DNA of 5,856 nt from Octopus sinensis (lineage: Eukaryota). Positions 1 to 5,715 of the stretch are shown one piece after another (the stretch's first letter is position 1; every line of letters begins with the position of its first letter). The stretch spans positions 1 through 5,856 of the forward strand of contig NW_021829533.1 in assembly GCF_006345805.1 (NCBI RefSeq). Direction: 5' to 3'. The position numbers were made by a program, and so were the translations under genes. The notes under the pieces were generated by a model that had not been told where the DNA came from, did no database searches, and worked only from the letters and a program-made list of their open reading frames with translations.

Positions 1-34
1 GTGAGTGAGTGGGAGAGGGTGAGAGAAAGAGAGA
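1..34. repeat. GA/GAGT-rich low-complexity tract (truncated by window edge)
   Basis: gtgagtgagtgggagagggtgagagaaagagaga, seen directly. Confidence 0.7.
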
Positions 35-40
35 ATCTGT

Positions 41-130
41 CCCAGTACTTGAAAGGCACTTTATGTATCGACCCCGAAAGGATAAACGGTAGAGTTAACC
101 TCGATGTGAGATTATAACTCAGAGCGCAAA
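41..130 (-). mobile_element. Old, diverged fragment of SINE family A (central domain)
   Basis: cccagt...tatcgaccccgaaaggataaa...acctcg...aactcaga aligns by eye to the reverse complement of ~603-683 and to 361-445. Confidence 0.75.
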
Positions 131-192
131 GAGCTATCAACGCCACCTGTTGAACTCGATGTTTTGCATTGCACTAAGTCATGTCCCTTAGT

Positions 193-270
193 GTTCTGAG
201 TTTGGTTCCAGTCAAGGTGATCAAAACCAGAAATGCTTGCAGAGTGTCGATAAAATGAAACAGCAGTCAA
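193..270 (+). mobile_element. Possible very degenerate SINE family A remnant
   Basis: gttctgagtt...aggt and gtcgataaaat...cagt occur with roughly the spacing seen in 601-672, but the sequence between them is barely alignable. Confidence 0.35.
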
Positions 271-294
271 TCAATCAAATAATCGGGTTAACAA

Positions 295-494
295 AATAAT
301 CCTTTCTACTATAGACACAAGGCCTGAAATTTGGGGGAGAGGATAGTCGATTACATCAACCCCAGTGTTTAACTGCTACTTATTTCATCGACTCCGAAAA
401 GATGAAAAGCAAAGCCGACCTCGGCGGAATTTGAACTCAGAACGTAAAGCCGGAAGAAATGCTGTTATGCTATCGAATCTGCTAACTCACCGCC
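295..494 (-). mobile_element. SINE family A copy with an alternative 3' tail and an internal deletion in the tRNA-like head
   Basis: The reverse complement reads ggcggtgagttagcaga...tacgttctgagttcaaattccgccgaggtcggctttgcttttcatcttttcggagtcgatgaaataagtagcagttaaacactggggttgatgtaatcgact, matching 534-699. It then continues with a different tail (atcctctcccccaaatttcaggccttgtgtctatagtagaaaggattatt). Confidence 0.9.
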
Positions 495-533
495 GGGTCA
501 GAGACTCGGCTGCAGAAGTACGACAGAACTTCT

Positions 534-948
534 GGCAGCAAGCTGGCAGAAACGTTAGCACGCCGGGCGAAATGCTTAGCGGTATTTCGTCTACTGTTAC
601 GTTCTGAGTTCAAATTCCGCCGAGGTCGACTTTGCCTTTCATCCTTTCGGGGTCGATAAATTAAGTACCAGTTACGCACTGGGGTCGATATAATCGACTT
701 AATCCGTTTGTCTGTCTTTGTTTGTCCTCTCTGTGTTTAGCCCCTTGTGGGTAGTAAAGAAATAGGTATTTCGTCTGCTGCTACGTTCTGAGTTCAAATT
801 CCGCCGAGGTCGACTTTGGCTTTCATCCTTTTGGGGTCGATAAATTAAGTACCAGTTACGCACTGGGGTCGATCTAATCGGTTTAATCCATTTGTCTGTC
901 CTTGTTTGTCCCCTCTATGTTTAGCCCCTTGTGGGCAATAAAGAAATA
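534..948 (+). mobile_element. tRNA-derived SINE family A with a tandem duplication of its 184-bp body (581-764 and 765-948); central block resembles the Deu/Nin SINE domain
   Basis: Pol III A-box-like TGGCAGAAACG at 544-554 and B-box-like GTTCAAATTC at 608-617. The two 184-bp units differ at 13 positions (manual count). The motif ggtcgactttgcctttcatcctttcggggtcgataaattaagtaccag resembles the Deu/Nin domain as I recall it (not searched). Several dispersed copies occur in the window. Confidence 0.92.
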
Positions 949-1040
949 AGATGTACAACAGAAATTTTGGCACCTTAACGAAAAGTGAATATCAGTTTTG
1001 GGATGCCACTTTGATGTGAGGTCTCTCTGGTCATTCACAC

Positions 1041-1229
1041 TTTAGCGTGCAATTTGACCCTAATCCCTAGCCCTAGCCCCAACCATAATCATGACCATAA
1101 ATCCTGAACCATAATCATAAAACCAAAACCTTAACCTTAACCCTAAGCTCTAACCTTAATCCTAATCCTGACCTGGCTCAGGTAATTTCACATCGTAGAC
1201 TACGGAAGCTTTAGTAACTGCATGCTAAA
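1041..1229. mobile_element. Possible old non-autonomous DNA element enclosing the telomere-like array
   Basis: Inverted repeat tttagcgtgcaatt (1041-1054) / aactgcatgctaaa (1216-1229), 12 of 14 positions matching. No convincing TSD. Confidence 0.45.
1057..1173 (+). repeat. Degenerate telomere-like (CCCTAA)n hexamer array
   Basis: ccctaatccctagccctagccccaaccataa...ccttaaccttaaccctaagctctaaccttaatcctaatcctga, about 6-bp period. Confidence 0.8.
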
Positions 1230-1412
1230 TTAGCACCAGTTTTTGTATTTCTAAATGATTAGAAAAGGAAGAGCAGCGTCCGTGGACAGAGTACAGGATC
1301 TCTGAAGATCACACCGAAAACCTGATTGAAGTACTTTCAGTATAGAAGATATCACTAAAGGCACAGGAGGGCCGCGTGATGGAGTTAAACAGCCATGTTA
1401 AATCCACAATAA

Positions 1413-1841
1413 GGATCTTTTCGGTTTGAACGGCAGTTTTTAAAAATAATTTCCACGTAACTATAAACACTTTTAAACTTCGTATACTGGTAGAATGTGT
1501 TTATAAAACATCTTTTTCTCTTGGCTTTATTTAGAAAATTCTATAGTTTGTAAGATATTTGTTGTTGTTTTTTTTTCTTCAATTTCTGCAATTTCAACCA
1601 ATCAATGACGTCTATTGAGGTGAAAACATTCTGTACCGTATGAATATGTCCCTCGTTTAAGGAACAGATTGGGTTTATTTACATTTGTGAAGAAAAAGAG
1701 ATACTCTTTCCCCCACCCCTAACCCTAGCCCTAATCCTAAAACAGATTGAAATGCAATAGATCGATATTAGGGTCATAATTATGGGTGACAATTTCATAT
1801 GACACCGCTAGAAAAAACTGCCGTTCAAACCGAAAAGATCC
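1413..1841. mobile_element. MITE (non-autonomous DNA transposon), 429 bp, 29-bp perfect TIRs, 8-bp TSD; superfamily uncertain (GG..CC ends with an 8-9 bp TSD suggest Merlin or Mutator-like rather than typical hAT)
   Basis: TIR GGATCTTTTCGGTTTGAACGGCAGTTTTT at 1413-1441 and its exact reverse complement at 1813-1841. Direct repeat CACAATAA at 1405-1412 and 1842-1849. AT-rich interior with no ORF. Confidence 0.95.
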
Positions 1842-1881
1842 CACAATAATTCTGGGATAGCACAACACATTTCTGTCTAAA

Positions 1882-1889
1882 TGACGTCA
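1882..1889. promoter_or_regulatory. Perfect CRE palindrome TGACGTCA (function unproven)
   Basis: Exact match to the CREB/ATF consensus in non-repetitive sequence. A single 8-mer can occur by chance. Confidence 0.2.
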
Positions 1890-2066
1890 CATATCTATTG
1901 CTTGAGCGGGGAAGGATATTATTTATTTGTCTGTTATATTTCTATCAAGCAAAACACTTGATCACCTTCTCTCGTAGATGAGTGTGTCTTTACTCTTCGC
2001 GTTTCACTTAAGATGAATCGGTCCAGTTGCTTCCTCTCGGTATTGTAACGAGTATCTTTCCCTCAT

Positions 2067-2068
2067 CA

Positions 2069-2112
<44 letters not shown>

Positions 2113-2510
2113 AACACACGCGCACACACACATGCACACACGCGCGCGTACACACACACACTTGCACCCACAGCCACACACACACACAAACACACACACA
2201 CACAAGCTCAAACACACGCGTACTCGCACACACACGCGTGTACACACACTTCCGCCCACACCCATATACACACACACACATATGTATTTGGATACATATG
2301 TATGTGTAAGTATATGTAAAACAACATAAAGCTACACATATACATACGCACACACATGCGCACATGCACACACACACACGCACACACATATATATGCAAC
2401 AAAACTTCCATAAAGTAGAAATATGAAACGAGAATATATAAACATACATATGCATACATATATATACATACACACACCACACACACATTTCATTCTATTA
2501 TGTGTGTGTG

Positions 2511-2568
<58 letters not shown>

Positions 2569-2650
2569 TACATACACACATGTATGTCTCTTCTATTTTA
2601 TGTATGTATGTATGTAGCTATGTATGTATGTAATGCATGTATGCGTGTGT
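2067..2650. repeat. Compound microsatellite: (CA)n/(CACG)n, (TACA)n, pure (TA)n at ~2515-2570, (TATG)n
   Basis: Seen directly. Explains the HT/CV/YI-rich ORFs. Confidence 0.97.
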
Positions 2651-2760
2651 ACAAGCGGTATTGTTTCGGTATCAGTTATAGCTATCTTTGCTCTGAATTC
2701 ATCAAAGGAAAACTTCTCGTTATGTAACAGTAAATTCTTCCTTTATGATAGTACACCTTC

Positions 2761-2850
2761 ACCCACCAACCCACCACCACCACAGCCACCACCACAGCCA
2801 CCACCACCACCACCACCACTACTATCACCATCACCATCTCTACCACCACC
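2761..2850. repeat. (CCA)n trinucleotide repeat, degenerate
   Basis: ccaccaccacagccaccaccacagccaccacc...; explains the poly-Pro and poly-Val ORFs. Confidence 0.95.
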
Positions 2851-2864
2851 TCTATAATTAGCAA

Positions 2865-3067
2865 CGATCTGTTGGAAATAGGTATTAAATTTCACATATA
2901 AATCTCTCTGTTGTCTTAAAACAGGAAGTACACATTGGGGAAAAATATTCTTTTAGAATATACAACAAAAAATGCGAAAAACGGGATGGTCACGGCTGTA
3001 GCGCCTTGATCATAGATCAATGCGATCAGGGTTGACTTGGGGCTTAACAATGACAACATCAGCAACA
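2865..3067 (+). mobile_element. Possible 3' end of an old retroposon with a stem-loop and a degenerate (CAA)n tail
   Basis: Hairpin ttgatc-ata-gatcaa at 3006-3020, followed by ...ttggggctt and the tail aacaatgacaacatcagcaaca (3046-3067). The 5' boundary is a guess and there is no second copy in the window. Confidence 0.35.
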
Positions 3068-3077
3068 TTAATAGAAC

Positions 3078-3082
3078 TATAT

Positions 3083-3134
<52 letters not shown>
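3078..3134. repeat. (TA)n microsatellite
   Basis: Seen directly. Confidence 0.98.
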
Positions 3135-3135
<1 letters not shown>

Positions 3136-3232
3136 CGGGAAGCTTTATGAAAATAAACAAAAGACGAAGGCAGGTGGAAAACAAACGAACAATTGTATTA
3201 GTATGGCGCTCAGGAAATATAAATAAAACAAG

Positions 3233-3270
3233 TCTTTAACGTTTCGAGCCTACGCTCTTCAACAGAAAGA
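3233..3270 (-). ncRNA. Minimal type I hammerhead ribozyme-like motif (variant core)
   Basis: Minus-strand RNA: UCUUU [stem I] CUGUUGA A GAGC-GUAG-GCUC [stem II] GAAA CG UU^ AAAGA [stem I']. The palindromic ACGU replaces stem III, and the putative cleavage triplet is GUU. One deviation from CUGANGA (A6 to U). Confidence 0.72.
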
Positions 3271-3439
3271 TACACAGAGAGAGAAAAACACAGAAAGGAG
3301 AGAAAAAAAATGCGTGCAGTAGCTAACGAATCAACATGGCGATCTGATTTCGGCCAGAGGTCAAAGATCAAACATGAGACGCGAGAGCGAAATAAGGGGA
3401 GATAATAGGGTTGATAAAAGGGTTGAGGGACCAGCTAAA

Positions 3440-3785
3440 AGTGCGTGGGAGGGGTCTGGATGTGTGTATGTATAGGGTTGGTGTATGTATTAGTATGTAT
3501 AAGGGTGTGTGTGTGTGTGTGTGTGTGTGTATGAGAGAGTATTAGTGCGTAAGATTGGTCTGGACGTGCGTATGTATGGGGTTGGTGTATGTATTAGTAT
3601 GTATTAGTATGTATTAGTACGTATTGGTATGTATAGGTGTGTGTGTGTGTGTGTGTGAGAGAGAGTATAAGTACGTATGCGGGGTCTGGACGTGTGTATG
3701 TATAGGGTTGGTGTAAGTATTAGTATGTACTGGTATGTATTAGTACGTATTAGTATGTATTAGTTGGTGTGTGTATTAGTATGGC
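3440..3785. repeat. Hierarchical minisatellite: three ~104-126 bp units with nested 10-bp (GTATGTATTA)n and (GT)n
   Basis: Anchor ggtctgga(c/t)gtg(t/c)gtatgtat(a/g)gggttggtgta at 3453, 3557 and 3683. Confidence 0.9.
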
Positions 3786-3825
3786 ACATCATATGTGATG
3801 TGATGTGTAAAGTCATGTGGTGTAG

Positions 3826-4090
3826 TGAGGAGAAGAGGGGGAGGGGGAGAAGAGGGGGGAGAGAAGGCGAGGGGGAGGAGAAGGGGGAAGAGGAGAGGAT
3901 GGGGGAGAAGGAAGGGGAGGAGGGGGATGAAGGAGGAAAGAGGGAGAGGGGGAGAGAGGGAGTGGGGAGCAGAGGGAAGGGGAAGAGGGAGGGAGAAAGA
4001 GGGAAGAAGGGAAGGGGAGTAGGGGTGAAAGGATGAAGGACTGAAGAAGTAGGGGTCGGGGGGAGAAAGGATAGGTGAGGAGGGGGAGAG
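3826..4090 (+). repeat. Polypurine G/A tract with many G4-G6 runs (G-quadruplex/triplex potential)
   Basis: About 265 nt, almost all purine on the + strand. Explains the G/E/R- and P/S/L-rich ORFs. Confidence 0.9.
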
Positions 4091-4122
4091 TTGAGACCAA
4101 ATGGCGTATAAGAGCGAAGAGA

Positions 4123-4124
<2 letters not shown>

Positions 4125-4162
<38 letters not shown>
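4125..4162. repeat. (TA)n microsatellite
   Basis: Seen directly. Confidence 0.98.
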
Positions 4163-4164
<2 letters not shown>

Positions 4165-4165
4165 A

Positions 4166-4476
4166 GGCGCAATGGCCCAGTGGTTAGGGCAGCGGACTCG
4201 CGGTCGTAGGATCGCGGTTTCGATTCCCAGACCGGGCGTTGTGAGTGTCTATTGTGCGAAAACACCTAAAAGCTCCGCGACGCTCCGGCAAGGGGAGGTG
4301 GCGATCCCTGCTGTACTCTTTCGCCACAACTTTCTCTCTCATTCTTTCTTCTGTTGGCCTGCTCGCTTAGCCAGCGGGGTGGCGTCGTTCAAAGGCTAAA
4401 ACAGTGCGAATCGCATTGTGACCAGCGATGTGTAGCCACATCTGATAGCCTGGTCGGTCACGGTGATCATGGTGAT
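4166..4476 (+). mobile_element. tRNA-derived SINE family B, apparently full length
   Basis: A box TGGCCCAGTGG at 4173-4183, D-stem GCCC/GGGC, and B box GGTTTCGATTCC at 4216-4227. A non-tRNA body follows and ends in a 9-bp tandem tail, cacggtgat catggtgat (4459-4476). TA repeats on both flanks. Confidence 0.85.
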
Positions 4477-4490
4477 ATATACATATATAT

Positions 4491-4690
4491 CGGGCGAAAT
4501 GCTTAGCGGTATTTCGTCAGTCGCTACGTTCTGAGTTCAAATTCCGCCGAGGTCGACTTTACCTTTTATCCTTTCGGGGTGGGTCGATAAATAAAGTACC
4601 AGTTTCGCACTGGGGTCGATGTAATCGACTTAATTCCTTTGTCTGTCCTTGTTTGTCCCCTCTATGTTTAGCCCCTTGTGGGCAATAAAG

Positions 4691-4695
<5 letters not shown>
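4491..4695 (+). mobile_element. 5'-truncated SINE family A copy (monomer)
   Basis: Near-identical to 564-764 and 765-948. Lacks the A box and has a 4-nt gggt duplication near 4577-4584. Confidence 0.93.

Positions 4696-4724
<29 letters not shown>
4694..4724. repeat. (TA)n microsatellite
   Basis: Seen directly. Confidence 0.97.
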
Positions 4725-4726
<2 letters not shown>

Positions 4727-4727
<1 letters not shown>

Positions 4728-5140
4728 GCGCAGGAGTGGCTGTGTGGTAAGTAGCTTGTTTACCAACCACATGGTCCCGGATTCAGTCCCACTGCGTGGT
4801 ACCTTGGGCAAGTGTCTTCTACTATAGCCTCGGGCCGCCGAAAGCCTTGTGAGTGGATTTGGTAGACGGAAACTGAAAGAAGCCTGTCGTATATATGTAT
4901 ATATGTATTATGTTGTGTGTGTGTTTGTGTGTCTGTGTTTGTCCCCCTAGCATTGCTTGACAACCGATGCTGGTGTGTTACGTCCCGTCACTTAGCGGTT
5001 CGGCAAAAAGAGACCGATTAGAATAAGTACTGGGCTTACAAAAAAGAATAAGTCCCGGGGTCGAGTTGCTCGATTAAAGGCGGTGCTCCAGCATGGCCGC
5101 AGTCAAATGACTGAAACAAGTAAAAGAGTAAAAGAGAGTA
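4727..5140 (+). mobile_element. tRNA-derived SINE family C with a CORE-like motif, internal (TA)/(TG) microsatellite and stem-loop plus tandem-repeat tail
   Basis: A box TGGCTGTGTGG at 4737-4747 and degenerate B box GATTCAGTCCC at 4780-4790. Acceptor-stem-like pairing GCGCAG/CTGCGT. accttgggcaagt (4801-4813) resembles the start of the MIR/CORE domain. Terminal hairpin cagtc-aaat-gactg at 5100-5113 and tail (AGTAAAAG)2 at 5119-5134. Confidence 0.85.
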
Positions 5141-5237
5141 TATATATATATACATAGACATTACTCTCTCTCTCTCTCTCTCTTTCTCTTTCTCTCTCTC
5201 TCTTCTTTCTCTGTCTCTTTCTTCCTCTCTCTTTCTC
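5139..5237. repeat. (TA)n followed by a (CT)n/pyrimidine tract (5164-5237)
   Basis: Seen directly. Explains the ER-rich minus-strand ORF. Confidence 0.95.
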
Positions 5238-5456
5238 AACATGCCTTTAGGTATTTCTTAAAAATTTGTAACTTAAGACGAGACACCTATCTACCTGCTT
5301 TTCTAAAAACGTCTTCTAAAATAAAAGCATCGCTGCCTGATACTGATGCCGATGCCGATGACGATTCTGTTGCCATTTTCTTTTTCTTCTTCATCCTTAC
5401 AACATAATCTAACAGTTGCCTCATTCTCTCTCGCCTTCCGTTTCATCACTTTACAG

Positions 5457-5476
5457 CATTCACGAACCCGTTTACG
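5457..5476 (+). other. Candidate 20-nt microexon of an unidentified host gene
   Basis: CTAAC at 5409-5413, a ~40-nt pyrimidine-rich AG-free tract (5416-5454), acceptor tttacag|, exon CATTCACGAACCCGTTTACG, and donor ACG|gtaagg. It lies in non-repetitive sequence. No transcript evidence. Confidence 0.45.
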
Positions 5477-5715
5477 GTAAGGAGACAAAATTACACACCA
5501 GAATAAAAAAAATGCCTGCTTTTTGTCTGCCGTTCAATGTATCACCGTTTATCATTCGAGAAATTCTGCCTCGCATAACGTCATACCAAAGCAACCTTAT
5601 TTAACTACTTCATTTTTCACGACAGTGTATTTTACCCTTTACATGCAACAGATAGCTCGGCAAGAAGACTAAAGGAGGAAAAGAAATCTCAACGCAGACA
5701 ATTTCTCGCACGATT

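Larger units (their letters stand above)
3135..4124 (-). mobile_element. Non-coding ~990-bp element carrying a hammerhead ribozyme; probable non-autonomous Penelope-like/retrozyme-like retroelement
   Basis: Sharply bounded by (TA)n on both sides (3078-3134 and 4125-4162). A minimal hammerhead lies ~100 nt from the minus-strand 3' end, as is typical of Penelope-like pseudo-LTRs. No RT or endonuclease ORF. Treating it as a single element is inference. Confidence 0.6.

Noticed and set aside
1-6. GTGAGT splice donor at the window start
   Set aside because: It is part of a GAGT/GA-rich simple repeat, and the upstream context is not visible.
365-679. Two ORFs (365-607 +, 482-679 -) encoding similar peptides (…RPRRNLNSER…)
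   Set aside because: Both are antisense translations of the two inverted SINE A copies, with non-ATG starts. The similarity reflects the repeat, not a gene family.
1057-1173. True telomere or chromosome-fusion scar
   Set aside because: Short, highly degenerate, single orientation and interstitial.
1302-1324. CTGAAGA...GAAA resembling a second hammerhead core
   Set aside because: The intervening tcacacc cannot form stem II, and no UH site followed by a stem I partner is present.
1965-2045. Possible exon after ccttctctcgtag (and a similar one near 1263-1340)
   Set aside because: Weak donors, short tracts and no recognisable peptide. Not supportable without transcripts.
2004-2864. Cluster of HT-, CV-, YI-, poly-P and poly-V-rich ORFs
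   Set aside because: Stop-free frames created by CA/TA/CCA microsatellites.
3440-3785. CRISPR-like repeat/spacer pattern
   Set aside because: The spacers are microsatellite-derived rather than unique, there are no cas genes, and the context is eukaryotic.
4166-4240. tRNA gene
   Set aside because: It has A/B boxes and a D-stem, but the acceptor stem does not close properly and it runs into a SINE body and tail with no poly-T terminator. The same reasoning applies to the heads at 534 and 4727.
3764-4399. G/E/R-rich and P/S/L-rich ORFs and the 4172-4399 ORF
   Set aside because: Products of the polypurine tract, (TA)n and SINE B. No recognisable domain.
4760-5604. Short ORFs at 4760-4963, 5036-5242, 5303-5488 and 5416-5604
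   Set aside because: They overlap SINE C or CT repeats, or are ~60 aa with no recognisable homology.
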